Of a stretch of DNA of 64,000 bases, positions 43,908 through 59,977 are shown piece after piece. Numbering within the stretch: position 1 is the stretch's first letter; each line of letters begins with the position of its first letter. The notes under the pieces are model-generated. The model made no database searches. It was given only the letters and a program-made list of their open reading frames with translations, and had not been told where the DNA came from. This stretch comes from Octopus vulgaris (Eukaryota): assembly GCA_951406725.2 (NCBI GenBank), contig OX597829.1, positions 42,036,001-42,100,000 of the forward strand, read 5' to 3'. Made by a program: the position numbers and the translations under genes.

Positions 43908-44184
43908 GGTGATATACAGCTAAATTCTGTTTTTAAATGTTTTGCTTCAAGAGTTGCATTCGGTGAGATATGTTTATATATTTTAGTAGTTTTGACTTTA
44001 AGAGTCCCTCCTAGCGTGTGGCATTTATGTGTAATAATACCCTCTATATAATATAAATAAATATATTTAAGTGAAAAAATTGGTGGATTTTTTCTCTTAT
44101 GAGGTTTTTCCCACTAACTACTTGATAAATTCTTATGAAGATTTTAACCTATTTTAAAATTTTATATATATATATATATATGGT

Positions 44185-44472
44185 GGAGGTGCAATGGCCC
44201 AGAGGCTAGGGCAGGGGACTCGCGGTCGTAGGATTGCGGTTTCGATTCCCAGACTGTGCGTTGTGAGTGTTTATTGAGCGAAACACCTAAAGCTCCACGA
44301 GGCTCTGGCAGGGTGGTGGTGGCGATCTCTGCTGTACTCTTTCGCCACAACTTTCTCTCACTCTTTCTTCTGTAGGCCAGCGGGGTGGCGTCATTTGAAG
44401 GCTAAAACAATGCAAAGCGCATTGTGACCAGCGATGTGTAGCAACATCTGATATCCTGGTTGGTCACGGTGA
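44185..44472 (+). mobile_element. tRNA-derived SINE family C (tail type 1)
   Basis: A-box TGGCCCAGAGG, B-box GTTTCGATTCC, body TTTATTGAGCGAAACACCTAAAGCTCCACGAGGCTC. Confidence 0.85.
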
Positions 44473-44676
44473 TATATATATACATGTGTGTGGGAAGAAG
44501 CTTGCTTTCCAACCATATGGTTCCTGTTCAGTCCCACCGCGTGGTATATTGGGCAAATGTCTTCTACTGTGACCTCGGGCTGACCAAAGCCTTCGAACCC
44601 ACAATCTCGCAAACCTAAGCGCAATACCTAACCACTAAGCCATGCACCTTCATACACGCGCGCGCACGCACACACA

Positions 44677-44713
<37 letters not shown>

Positions 44714-45027
44714 ATTTACGCACACATGTACATATGCGCGCGCGTGACTACTAGGACTTTGGGTGTATGTCTATTAGCTTGTCAATTAAAGCACATTCAC
44801 AGTTTGGATTGCCTGATGTCAATTTAACTTGCTTTGACAGGTTTTGTTGTCTATCGTTTCTGATCTTAATTTGTGTTATATATTCACTGTCAGCTATAGC
44901 TTGTCGCATTCGCCGGTTACAACCCCAAACTTATACTACCCCCTGCCAGTGTACCAATGTACAACTAGCGAGAACAACACGTTAAGGAGAAGTCAGAATA
45001 TCTAATGGGATGTCTTTTTCTACACTA

Positions 45028-45134
45028 AGCACCTGAAGTGGCACAACCTGCAATGATTGATGCAACATAACTAGATGCACAATATCCTACCACTATGGGA
45101 CAGACACAAGATGGGTCGAAACGATCGTCGTGCT
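45028..45134 (+). ncRNA. Hammerhead-like motif with large stem-II insert
   Basis: AGCAC-CUGAAGU-GGC[...]GUC-GAAA-CGAUCG-UC-GUGCU: 5-bp stem I, palindromic ACGAUCGU stem III, GUC triplet; A9 replaced by U. Confidence 0.55.
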
Positions 45135-45176
45135 GAATAAAGGTTCGTATTAAATCCATCTTCCGTCTCCTTCATC

Positions 45177-45246
<70 letters not shown>

Positions 45247-45989
45247 AAGAGAAAGACGATGAAATTTAAGAGAATCTTTATCAATGACTACGATCGTTTC
45301 GACCCATCGTGCATCGGTCCTTCACGGGGCTGAATAGTTGAGGTGTGTCGTGCGAGTAGTTAAGGTATGCCATTCGGAATCTGCACCGAATGACGTACCA
45401 CGACTATTTGTACAGAATCTCACCTGTGAGGTACTGATGTATGATGGGATAAAACGATCGTAGTTATTAACAAAGAATCTCTTAAATTCCATTTTCTTTC
45501 TCTTTCTCTGCTGTACTATAAATTCTACGGACACATAGGAATTCCTGAAGTAAATCCAGTGGCACATATCCATACTGTTGATGGCATCAGGTAGCCGAAT
45601 ACAGCGAACAGGTTTTAAGCGGTGTACTTCAAGGTGTATGCTCAAATCTAAAATATTTGTTTATTGAATTTACCATTGGCTTCATGTTAAGAAAAATATC
45701 TTAACATCTTAACAACTTTTCAAGCTGATTACATGGAGGAATGGTGTTCGTATTCAAGAAACCAACGGTAGCCTTAATACAAGAATAAAGAAATTTTATC
45801 TACCAATGCGGTATTGAGCACTCATTCTCAGTGTTCGATATTTGCGTAGATCGTTAGCCATTACACATATTTTTTTCTCTCCTTGTTTTTTCTTCGAAAC
45901 GTAAAAGACTTTTTCTACTCCCGAGCGTTATACTAATACATCTGTTTGTTTTGTACACCACCTGTCTTCGTCTTTTGTTTTTTTTCGTG

Positions 45990-46083
<94 letters not shown>

Positions 46084-46121
46084 ACATTTATATATGACAT
46101 TTATATATCATATATATATAT

Positions 46122-46507
46122 ATATTATATAATATCCGTTCTGTCTGTCTGTGTGTCTTCTAGGATCTCGGGCATCCTCCATCCGACTGCGCTCAAATTT
46201 GATATGTAGATACCGACGGTAATCAGGCCGTGTATAAGTCTTGGAAAAATTACAAAAATCGATTCCAGGTGAGAATGCTATCGATAAAGACGTGGGAACG
46301 TCCATTTATAAAATCGTTTTTCTCGGAATAGAAAAAAAAAAGTCTCTCTTTATTTCTTCTTTTGCTGGTGTCTCAAATTTAGGTTAAATCAGTGTTTCTC
46401 AAAGGGGAGGCCTATGGGACGGTCGGACAAGTTGTTTAGAGAAAATTTGGTTTAAATGTTTGACAACTCAGCACCGTCCATTGGACGGGGGTGGGGGCGT
46501 TTTGCTC

Positions 46508-46508
<1 letters not shown>
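46122..46508 (+). mobile_element. Helitron-like non-autonomous element (family H2)
   Basis: AT-rich 5' end followed by (CTGT)n, 3' hairpin CCGTCCATTGGACGG and terminal CTCG(T); second copy at 50637. Confidence 0.7.
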
Positions 46509-46574
<66 letters not shown>

Positions 46575-46629
46575 GAAATGAGTTAATCAGAAGATCGGAT
46601 GGTTTATATTTACAGATATTTATTCATTG

Positions 46630-46862
46630 ACCTCGAAGCCACAAGTGTGAACAAGAGAGACAGAGCAAGGCAGAAACAAGGAAAATGCCACTTATATTTG
46701 AACACTATACAAATATTCTTTTAAAAAGACTTTTCTTTTAATATTTCTAAATTTAATTATTTAATCGTTACAGTTAAAAAGGTCTCAAAATGACTGAAAC
46801 CGGTACTGAAATGTTCTTTATAAAATTATTTTAGCATTTTCTATTTTGACTTATTTTTTCAT
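46630..46862 (+). mobile_element. Single arm of the 39k/54k pseudo-LTR-like family
   Basis: Homologous to 39430-39660; hammerhead-like motif at 46771-46808. Confidence 0.8.
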
Positions 46863-46879
46863 ATATATATATACATACT

Positions 46880-46917
<38 letters not shown>

Positions 46918-47141
46918 CAAATTGAGATAGGGGTTGTAAATGCAACCCTCCATGGGATAACATATATCCAATATACTGCACATTACTCCTTTATGTACAC
47001 TCCTTTACGTACACTGTTTTGTTCTATATTGTTATGTTTGACTTTAAAGTTTCTTATGTGGTGGTTTAATAAAGTATGTGATTGGGTATTATCTAGTAAT
47101 TGATATTTGATTTGGATGTATTTCTCCATTTTCTTATTTTG

Positions 47142-47174
<33 letters not shown>

Positions 47175-47707
47175 GTATATGTATATATATACATATTCAC
47201 ACATGCATGCATATATACAACTATACATCCATATTTGTTCACATATATTTTATGAATTGACATTACACTACTCGAATCTAGCTATATTTTTCAACGCAGT
47301 CATTTTTCTTTCCATAAAATTCTTATTATGCATTTTACTTTTACATATCCACTGCACATTTCTCTTTCTTACCCTTTTTTTTACCCTTTTCTTCGTTCAT
47401 ACTTCATCATATTTCATCCTTTTCGTTCATATTATTAAGATATCTTCTCAATTCTCCCAACAATAAAGGGAAATAACTCATATGCGTATGGCTATTTTTT
47501 ATTCCTTTTAATGCTTCAATACCAGCATACTTGCACCGGAAGTATTATTGTTCATTTCGACATTTTACGAAACTCTCTGCCAAGAAAAAATTCGCTTAAT
47601 GAAGCATGAAACTCGGAGTGGTTGAGGACAAAGAGACAGAAAGAAGGAGAGAGAGAACGAGAGAGATAAAGAGAGAGAGAAAGAGTAAAAGAAGAGGAAA
47701 GACAGAA

Positions 47708-47747
<40 letters not shown>

Positions 47748-47924
47748 GCAAAAGAGGGGGAGAAAAGAGAAACAGAGAGAAAATACGTGTGTAAAAGAAA
47801 AATGATGTGTTAGAGATATAAGGATATGGAACGCTGATATATGGATAAATCATGTGTGTACGCACGTGAGTATGCGTCTGTGCGTACATATACATACATA
47901 CATACATACATATATATATGTATG

Positions 47925-47972
<48 letters not shown>

Positions 47973-47978
47973 TGTATG

Positions 47979-48017
<39 letters not shown>

Positions 48018-48140
48018 ATTATATGTCGGTGTGCATAAATGTGTGTGTGAATATCTATCTATCTATCTATCTATTTATTTATCTATCTATCTTTCTATCT
48101 ACCTAAATACATAAAAATATACATAATATATAAACATATA

Positions 48141-48190
<50 letters not shown>

Positions 48191-48372
48191 AACATATCTG
48201 TGCATGTATATATATATGTATATATAAGTGGACACATACAGATGTATGTATAACTATATATATATATTTATATACACACATTCATACACACACAAAAAGC
48301 AAGTACTTTCACGTACACATGCAAACATTCATAAGTATCTATACACACAGAGATAGAAATACACACAAACAA

Positions 48373-48403
<31 letters not shown>

Positions 48404-49128
48404 CATACATACATACATACATAATACATACATACATACATACATACATATAGATATAAATACACATATATATGTACACACACACACACACACACACGCA
48501 CACATAGATGTCAGTGCGTTTGCGAATGTATGAATATATTTTGGGGGACATACATATGTGTTTTGTATGTGTTGGTGTATTCGGGCATTTTCCTTTGGCG
48601 TGCGTATGTTTTGCAGTGTAAAAGCATGCGAGTAAGTTCTAGACATAGGCTGTAGAATAATTGATGCTGTAAGTTCAATTATTCATAAATATTTACAGAA
48701 ATAAATCGTCTGTGAAATTGCCGAGCGGGGGAATATGTAGGGATATAGGAAGATTGCAATGGGGATTGCATGATGGGCGGATGTTAAAGGAAAGCAGGAA
48801 GTTGTAGGGGGTTTGTTGGGATTACTCCTAAGAGTGCTATTTTGTGTGCTTGTGTGTGAGACCTGAGTGCAGAAAGGAACTTGTAGAGAAAGACATTTCG
48901 ATATCGAATTTAAATTTAAATGGTGGATAGGGGAAGGCTGCAGTTATATCACGTGATTCAGAGCGCTATACATATATAGAAATATATGTATGTCTGTAAG
49001 TACGTTTGTATGTATGTATGTATTTATGTATGTATGTATGTATGTATTTATGTATGTATGTATGTATGTATGTATGTATGTATTTATGTATGTATGTATG
49101 TATGTATGTATGTGTGTATGCATGTATG

Positions 49129-49196
<68 letters not shown>

Positions 49197-49239
49197 CATA
49201 CATACATATAGATATACATATATGTATATACGTATATAC

Positions 49240-49296
<57 letters not shown>

Positions 49297-49358
49297 TATA
49301 TGTTTCGATGCATACAAACGCATTCGTATATATAAATAATATATATGTATGTATGTGT

Positions 49359-49415
<57 letters not shown>

Positions 49416-49705
49416 TGTGTATGTATATATATTGTCCACAAAATTTTTATAAACCCTTTCTGCCCATTTTCGTTGCATACAACCTTGTGGCATGCAGAGT
49501 AATAACTTAAGTAGTTTGTAGTACTTTGGTATCTGTTTCTAGCTTACAGGCGTTGTCACTTCACAGCCCTGTATTATATTCTATTTTGAAATTCATACTT
49601 TAAATAAAAATGATCCAATATGATCTTGTTGGTACGCTGGCGACTGATAAATCTGTAATTAATGACTTTATCGTAATTATGTATGTATGTATATATGTAT
49701 GTGTG

Positions 49706-49792
<87 letters not shown>

Positions 49793-49905
49793 ATAATGTG
49801 ACAATTAGCCGGTTGTCATAATAAAACTCAGAGTTTACATTCCTCACGCTTATTGGAGTAATTTCCCTCTATTTAACGGTTTTTTCATAGTGTTTTTGTT
49901 TGTTT

Positions 49906-49967
49906 AAGTAACTGATGAGATGCCGGAGCAGGCTTCAGTCCCGGCATACGATACTCTGAGTTTTATT
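49906..49967 (+). ncRNA. Degenerate hammerhead motif
   Basis: AGUAA-CUGAUGA-G-AUGCCGG...CCGGCAU-AC-GAUA-CUCUGAG-UU-UUAUU; GAAA mutated to GAUA. Partial inverted copy at ~49812-49836. Confidence 0.45.
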
Positions 49968-50199
49968 ATGACAACCAACTAATTGCTACATATTATATTT
50001 ATAGATAAATTCCTCTATTTACATAATATCGATTTCAAATTCCGCCGAAGTGGATTTTGTCTTTCATCCTTTCGGGGTCGATTAAATAAGTACCAGTTAA
50101 TTACTGGGGTCGATGTAATCGATTTAATCTCCTTGTCTGTTCTCGTTTGTCCCCTCTATGTTTAGCCCCCTGTGGGCAATATATATATATATATGTGGG

Positions 50200-50296
<97 letters not shown>

Positions 50297-50636
50297 CATA
50301 CATACATATATTTCTTTTCTTCTATCTTGTTTGAGTTTTGAAATCTAGAATTTATTCTGTCGGTCATTTTTGCCGGGGTTGTAAGTTACAGGGATGTAAA
50401 CACACTAACACCGGTTGTCAAGCAGCAGTGGGGTTAAACACAGACACATACATGCATAGATACACACACACACACACATATGATATATACATATGTTCCT
50501 ATACACAAACGCACATTTATATCCATTCATCCATCCAGCTATACATACATGCATATACACACACACAATATATATATATACAGGCATGCGTACGTACATA
50601 CATACACACACAAATGTATATGTACATATATATATA

Positions 50637-50987
50637 CACGCAAAACGTCCCCCACCCGTCCAATGGACGGTGCTGAGTTGTCAAACATTTGAACCAAATT
50701 TTCTCAAAACAACTTGTCCGACCGTCTCATAGGTCTCCCCTTTGAGAAACACTGATTTAACCTAAATTTGACACACCAGCAAAAGACGGAATTCGACTGA
50801 TGTACTTGCGCGTACAAATGCACGTTCCCACGGCTTTATCGATCGCATTCTCATCTGTAATATTTTGTAATGTTTTCAAGTTTTATACACGCTCTGATAC
50901 CGTCGGTATCTACGTATCAAATTTGAGCTCAATCGGGTGGAGGATGCCCGAGATCCTAGAAGACACACAGACAGATAGAACGGATTT

Positions 50988-50998
<11 letters not shown>
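50637..50998 (-). mobile_element. Helitron-like element (family H2)
   Basis: Reverse complement of the 46122 element. Confidence 0.7.
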
Positions 50999-51043
<45 letters not shown>

Positions 51044-51339
51044 TATATTGAGGGTACTACTATTCGTAGATACCAACACGCTAAGAGGGACCAATGCGGT
51101 CAAAACTACTAAAAATAAACAAAATTTTACCGAATGCAAAACTTCAAAACACATCATTTTAAAAACGAGGTTTTTCACGCTGACTACTGATAATTTCTTT
51201 TAAAGATTTTATCCTCAATTGTTAATATATATATATATATATAAAATAATATGTTACATATTATTTTATAGATAAATTTCCTCTATTTACATAATATTGA
51301 GGTCTCTTTCTTTCTTTTGTTATCTTACCGTTTTTACCA

Positions 51340-51374
<35 letters not shown>

Positions 51375-51377
<3 letters not shown>

Positions 51378-52492
51378 GGAGAGTTTATGAAAAAAACAAA
51401 AGACGAGGACAGGTGGTGTACAAAACAAACAGATGTATTAGTATAAAGCTCAGGAATAGAAAGAGTCTTTTACGTTTCGAGCCTACGCTCTTCTACAGAA
51501 AGGGACACAGAAAAAATAAGGAGAGAAAAAAAATGTTTGTAGTGGCTAACGATCTATCATGGCGACTGACTCGGACAGAAGAGTCACACACGAGGGGGAA
51601 AGTAGGAGAGATAACAAAGTAAAGATAGCCCCCAACACGAAGGTGCGTGTGTGTATAAGAGAGTATTTATGTGCGTGTGAAAGAGGGCTGGTGGTCTGGA
51701 CGTGTGTGTGTATGTATGTGTAGGTGTGAAAATGTGGGGATGGGTGTGTGGGTGGTGTGTTGTGATGTGATGTGTAATGTTGTATGGTGTAGTGTGGTGT
51801 GGTGTGATGTTGTTGGGAGGTGGAGGAGACGAGAGTGGGGAAAGCCCGGTTGGGGTGTGGGTTCGGCTGAGGGTTGGGGTAGAGGTGGTGTATGTGAGAG
51901 AGGGTGTGTGGGATAGGATGGAGGAAGGGATGGGGAGATGGAAAGGATAGGGAAGGTGGAGTAGGAATGTGTAGGGGTGGGTGGGCTTATGGGGAGGGAC
52001 AGGTGGGTATGTGAGGAGAGAGAGGAGAAGAAAAGAGAAAAATAGAGTAAGAGAGAAGAAAAAAAGAGAGGGTAAAAGAGTAAGAGAGAAGAGAGAAAGA
52101 GAGAAGAGAGAAGACGGAAAGAGAATAGGGGTGAAGAGATGTAGGAGTGAAAAGAAGTAGGAATCGGGGAGGAAGTTAGATGAAGAGTGGAGGAGAGTTG
52201 AGCCCAAATGGCGTAAAAGAGCGAAGAGAGAAGATTAATCCCTGTTCACGGTGCAAATGGGAGTCCGGATGGCCTCTGTGCAAAGACAATCCGAACACAG
52301 ACAGGTGTTACAAGGAGTGACCGGTGGAGCGGAAATGACGTGATACCGGGGTGTCATTGCCGAGGCGGACGTCTAGGAGGTGTTCCGCGAACCGGTCAGC
52401 CAAGCGGCGTCCCATTTGTCCGATGTACAGTGACTGGCAGAGAGAGCAGGAGATGCAATAGATGATATTGCTGGAGGTGCAGGTGGAGTCGG

Positions 52493-52493
<1 letters not shown>
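51375..52493 (-). mobile_element. 3' end of a Neptune-type Penelope-like element: GIY-YIG endonuclease (52196-52493), pyrimidine-rich 3' region, pseudo-LTR with hammerhead variant (51467-51502)
   Basis: STCTSSNIIYCISCSLCQSLYIGQMGRRLADRFAEHLLDVRLGNDTPVSRHFRSTGHSL*HLSVFGL...HREQGLIFSLRSFTPFGLN; downstream CUUU-CUGUAGA-A-GAGC(GUAG)GCUC-GAAA-CGU-A-AAAG. Confidence 0.9.
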
Positions 52494-52524
<31 letters not shown>

Positions 52525-52655
52525 TAATAGAAGGGTAAAATTTATTAATTAAATTAATTAATTAAATAATCAATTAATTAACAATTTCACCAAGTACATC
52601 GGTACGTTAACATAACCTTTATAGGTAAAATTATCCACATAATTATAATATATAT

Positions 52656-53023
52656 GGAAGCACTCCGTCGGTTACGACGACGAGGGTTCCGGTTGATCCG
52701 AATCAACGGAACAGCCTGCTCGTGAAATTAACGTGTAAGTGGCTGAGCACTCCACAGACACGTGTACCCTTAACGTAGTTCTCGAGGATATTCAGCGTGA
52801 CACAAAGAGTGGCAAGGCCGGCCCTTTGAAATACAGGTACAACAGAAACAGGAAGTAAGCGTGAGAGAAAGTGGTGGTGAAAGAATACAGCAGGAATCAC
52901 CACAATCCCCTGCCGGAGCCTCGTGGAGCTTTAGGTGTTTTCGCTCAATAAACACTCACAACGCCCGGTCTGGGAATCGAAACCGCGAGTCCGCTGCCCT
53001 AACCACTGGGCCATTGCGCCTCC
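52656..53023 (-). mobile_element. tRNA-derived SINE family C (tail type 2, RTE-like 3' stem-loop)
   Basis: Same head and body as 44185 with a different tail ending ACCCTCGTCGTCGTAACCGACGGAGTGC. Confidence 0.88.
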
Positions 53024-53559
53024 GCTATAATATATAAGGAAGGGATTATTAGAGAATGTCAGGCGGTGTGAGACTTAACGATAAAGACAATGAGGGTGGT
53101 CAAAGAGTAGGGACGATGGAAGAGGCGCAAAGTTAGAAAATCAATACAGAGTATAGAGTCGGAAAATTACGAGAGAAAGACAGACAGAATGACCATGGGA
53201 TTGCACCTAGAAAGTTCCCCTCCATTAGACCAGAATGAGGGGAGAATGACCCTCCATGTATGTTTTTCATTCGGTTTTCTTGTATGTCTCCACTGTCATT
53301 CTTTTGTTCACAACTTTGACCCTCCATAAATCCTAAATTTTATTTTAGAATTTATGGGAGCAACTGTATTTGAAGACTCACTCTGTCATTGAATGCTAGA
53401 AATGAGGAGTAGATGGAAAGCCGACAACTAATGAAAGGTCCTTTCTTTTTGATAACCTATCCTGTTTTCCATTTCATTCTCTCATTGTTTACGTATTTGA
53501 CTCTTTTGTTTACGTATTTCATATTGTTTGCACAGTTGGTGATGTCCTGTACCCATATA

Positions 53560-53661
<102 letters not shown>

Positions 53662-53687
53662 TAGATATATAGATATATATGTATATA

Positions 53688-54745
<1,058 letters not shown>

Positions 54746-54776
54746 TCAACTCGTGTGTTCCTTTTCATCCTTATAC

Positions 54777-55011
<235 letters not shown>

Positions 55012-55086
55012 ATTAAATTTTACTCTGCTATGTATTGAGTACCTTATTTACTGTGGTTAACCCCGAATCAACCCGGGACCTACATA

Positions 55087-55157
<71 letters not shown>

Positions 55158-55334
55158 ATTTAGGAATGGTCATTTTGCCAGTTTAGACAATATATATATA
55201 TATATTTATATATAGAGAGAGGGGGGGAAGGGATATGGTCTGATGACATCAATTCTACCTGGCCAGAACTCCATTCACCTTGGTGAGTGGAAAAGAAATG
55301 CCTTCTTTAGGTGATATTAATAACATATACATTT

Positions 55335-55889
55335 CTCTTTTTTCTCTTTTACTTGTTTCAGTCATTTGACTGCGGCCATGCTGGAGCACCGCCTTTAGTC
55401 GAGCAGATCGACCCCCGCAAGACTTATTCTTTGTAAGCCCAGTACTTATTCTATCGGTCTCTTTTGCCGAACCGCTAAGTTTATATATATATATATATAT
55501 ATACAATTAATAAGAGGAACTACCACTAAAGTGGATTCCTCTATGCTAAAGATAGACGTCAAATCGCCTTACCATGAAGAGTGTGTTCTCATGAAAAAAA
55601 TATCAGCAAACGCCAGAACGTAATAATAAGCAAGACAAATGAAAATATACAAAATAAAACAATTACCTACGTATACTCTTTCACTCTTTTACTTGTTTCA
55701 GTCATTTGACTGCGGCCATGCTGGAGCAGCGCCTTTAGTCGAGCGAATCGACCCCAGAACTTATTCTTTGGAAGCCTAGTACTTATTCTCTTGGTCTGTT
55801 TTGCCGAACCGCTAAGTTAGGGGGACGTAAACACACCAACATCGGTTGTCAAGCGATGTTGGGGGACAAACACAGACATACAAACATAT

Positions 55890-55922
<33 letters not shown>

Positions 55923-56053
55923 CGACAGGCTTCTTCCAGTTTCCGTCTACCAAATCCACTCACAAGGCTTTGGTCGGCCCAAGGCTATAGTAGAAGGCAC
56001 TTGCCCAAGGTGCCACGCAGTGGGACTGAACCCGGAACCATGTGGTTGGTAAG
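55335..56053 (-). mobile_element. Two SINE family A copies (3' fragment 55335-55480; near-full copy 55675-56053)
   Basis: Reverse complement of the 8952 element. Confidence 0.9.
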
Positions 56054-56485
56054 TTTGTCTGTCCTTGTTTGTCCTCTCTGTGTTTAGCCCTTTGTGGGTA
56101 GTAAAGAAATAGGTATTTCGTCTGTCGTTATGTTATGAGTGCAAATTCCGCCGAGGTCGACTTTGCCTTTCATCCTTTCTGGGTCGATAAATTAAGTACC
56201 AGTTACGCGCTTTGGTCAATGTAATCGACTTAATCCGTTTGTCTGTACTCGTTTGTCACCTCTATGTTTAGCCCCTTGTGAGCAATAAAGAAATAAGAAT
56301 TGTTTGCACGCCGGGCATATTTGGCGGCATTTCGTTTCTCCTTACATTCTGTTTCAAATTCCACCGAGGTTGACTTTGCCTTTCATCCTTTTCGGGGCCG
56401 ATAAAATAAGTGACAGTTTCAATACAGGGCCCCGAAATTGTTGACTCTGTGCCAAAATTTGAAACTAGTATATATATATCTATGT

Positions 56486-56577
<92 letters not shown>

Positions 56578-57060
56578 TGCATGCATGTATATATGTATAT
56601 GTGCATATATATGTTTTCTTTTGTTTTTGATTAAATGAAGGAACTAGGGTGGCGAGCTGGCAGAAACGTTAGCACGCCGGGCGAAATGTTTAATGGTATT
56701 TCGTCTGCGGTTAGGTTCTGAGTTCAAATTCCGCCGAGGTCGACTTTGCCTTTCATCCTTTCGGGGTCGATAAATTAAGTACCAGTTACGCACTGGGGTC
56801 GATGTAATCGACTTAATCCGTTTGTCTGTACTTGTTTGTCCTCTCTGTGTTTAGCCCCTTGTGGGTAGTAAAGAAATAGGTATTTCGTCTGCCGTTACGT
56901 TCAGAGTTCAAATTTTGCCGAGATCGACTTTATCTTTCATCTTTTCGAGGTCGATTAAATAAGTACCAGTTACGCACTATGATCAATGTAATCAACTTAA
57001 CCCCTTTGTCTATCCTTGTTTGACCCCTCGATGTTTAGACCCCTGTGGGCAACAAAGACA
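56054..57060 (+). mobile_element. SINE family B tandem clusters (56054-56460; 56648-57060)
   Basis: Same AAAGAAATA|GGTATTTCG junctions at ~56112 and ~56879. Confidence 0.9.
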
Positions 57061-57559
57061 TAAATTATATGAAGGAACTGATTTCATAAAAGATACAAAG
57101 CCCCATCATTGGAATGTAGATAACGAAAACAGTGTCAAAGCTGGAATTTGAGAAAAATCTTGTCTATCTTGAATTTTCCATTATTGTGTGTGTGTGTATG
57201 TATGTATGTATGTATGTATGTATGTATGTATGTATGTATGTATGTATGTATGTATGTATGTATGTATGTATGTATGCATGTATATATGAATGTAGGTATG
57301 TATGTCATTATTCAGTTTATTTCAAGATTTCTTGCCAATAGAGAATGACCCGGATTCTAACTTAGATCCAAAGTTCCTTCGTTGGAATTTCAACATCAAC
57401 AACAGGGTATTTTTGTATGTATGTATGTATGTATGTATGTATGTATGTATGTATGTATGTATGTATGTATGTATGTATGTATGTATGTGCAGATCTGTAT
57501 GTTTTAAGTATGTATTCTCATGCATATGGTTACATATCTAGACATGCTCATATATATTT

Positions 57560-58350
57560 AAATGATCAGATTTTCACAATTCCAGTGATGGATTGGATCT
57601 GTAGCCTTCGAATTAGATTTCTCCTTTCTTGTTTTGAGAAGCCTAATTTCTCAAGATTGGTATTTAGTCAGTGTTTTACATATCTCACGGCCCGAATTAT
57701 TACAGGTATAAACCTGAACTTGTTATCTGGACAGAGTAACTGCAGATTTCTCAATAGTTCAGCATAGGTGTTCTCTTTTTCACTGATCTTTAGCTTTATG
57801 CTATTCTCCGATGGGTAGGTAATTTCTACAACTGTGCACAGTTTTTCTTCTCTATCCCAAATCATTATATCAGGTCTGTTGGGCTTACATTTTATTGAGG
57901 TCTTCACAGGTACATTCAACAAGTATTCCTTTTTATTATGAGTGACTATGGCTTTTACTATATTATGCGCTTTTATTCCTTTGTCCTCGGGATTATCCTT
58001 CCGACGGATTTCATTACGGAGTGCCCTAGCTACAACGTCATATCTCATCGGTAGATAACATCGTGATGACATTTTCGGACAACTGTTTATGATGTGGGTG
58101 ATATCTTCAGTGTGAACTCCACAAAATCTATCTGCATCGGTTGTCACATTTTACGCTTCTCTGTCTCTTTTTTGCATCAGGTACTTGGTTGATATTACCT
58201 GTTCCTGGATTGCAAACGCATACCTTTCAAAGTGGCGGGTAGTAGTCCGGCAATTGATAAAATACTTTGATGATCGAAGTTACTATCATCTCTGAGCTTT
58301 TTACTAACATATCCATGTATAGTCTTCTGCTCATATAAGCTTATCCTTCC
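57560..58350 (-). pseudogene. R4/Dong-type non-LTR retrotransposon C-terminal fragment (CCHC knuckle + restriction-like endonuclease)
   Basis: AFAIQEQVISTKY, RFCGVHTEDITHIINSC, RYD (RHD motif), NRPDIMIWD...VVEI..P, KENTYAEL, FIPVII. Confidence 0.88.
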
Positions 58351-59724
58351 ATATGATGATATGTATGTATGTATGTATTGTTTTCGTTTCTCATTGTGTT
58401 CGACGTTTTTTTTGTGTCCTGTACTCATATATGCGTGTATATATACATGTAGAGGTAGGTACGTACATATATGTATACATATATGCATATGTTTTATTTA
58501 TTAATATATGTATGTATGTATGTATGTATGTGTGTATTATGTATTATGTATGCATGTATGTATGTATGTATGTATGTATGGATGGATGGATGTATGGATG
58601 GATGGATGGATGTATTATGAATGTATGTATGTATGTATGTATGTATGTATTATGAATGTATACATAAATAGCATTCTCGGAGCCATTCATACAGTTCCAG
58701 GGAAGTTATGAGATATCACAGTCATTTACCTCTGTAAGCTCTGCTTCTTATGGCAGAGACAATGATCAGCTTATGAAAGTGATTACCTAACTCCTATTCT
58801 TTAGCTATTTATTAATTACATTCCGCTCCGAACTCTCCTGATACTCTACTCCCAAGCATAAGCATATTGAATTCTAACAACCGGTTATTAGTATTGCTAA
58901 GCCTAAGTGTCAGTGAACGGACGAGATCAACTGGCTCTTACATTTAGATAGGGTTTTATACATATATGTTAATACCAGTTAGACTCAGCTCCATGTACGT
59001 AACTTATAGTAGAAATGTAGGACGAACCCACCTTATCAGATATCTAGAGAGGAGTAACTGGATTTGAGACCAATTCAAGAGGGCGTCTATGTATTAGGTC
59101 TCTATAGGTCAGCTCAGGTCACGTGGTGTTAATGCTGTTGAAGCGACACGGGTTCTTCATTCTCTCTTATGGTAAAATGTATAAAAACACCACATCTGCC
59201 TAGTGCTGCACCCTGGTCTGATTCCCAGACGCTACATCTCTAGCTCTTTGGCTGTTATCAATGGGAAATAGTAAAGAAAAGTAACTCTGGGTAGTTTTAA
59301 AGCCGTAGCTTTAACAAAAGGTCAAAAACATTGACTGACCTGCGCTAATAGACCGTTAAAGAGCTAGAAATTGAAATATCTCACAAACATAATGCCCTCA
59401 GTTTCAAAATAATTTGGTTAACAATATTCATCAATTAGACATTAGTAAATGTAAGTGGAATACAGATCCAAGGTAAGTACTCCTCATGTATAACAAGTAG
59501 ATCCAAATATCCCTCGGCAGAATTTCGAGAAATTCAGAATATTTGACAAAAAATACGTATAGGGAAATTTCCATCTTCGTAATAAAATCTGGCAGTCGTT
59601 TCTAATACATTAACCCATACATATCATACACGCACGCACACACACACACACACACTCACACGCACAAACGCGCACACATATACACACATACACACACACA
59701 CATATACATACATACATACATACA

Positions 59725-59756
<32 letters not shown>

Positions 59757-59908
59757 GAGCTCGAAAGAGTGCTCAGAGCATATGTCGTATTTTATAAATA
59801 TGCCTGCTCAAGTATCATAAAAGCATGAAACTATTAGTAACTCTTTCGGTTGCGTTTTAAATGGATATATGTATACGCGCACACACACGCACGCACACGC
59901 ACGCACGC

Positions 59909-59977
<69 letters not shown>

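Noticed and set aside
58690-59330. Possible ancient RTE-X remnant on the minus strand (YIDAL-like)
   Set aside because: Only one short motif; not enough to call.
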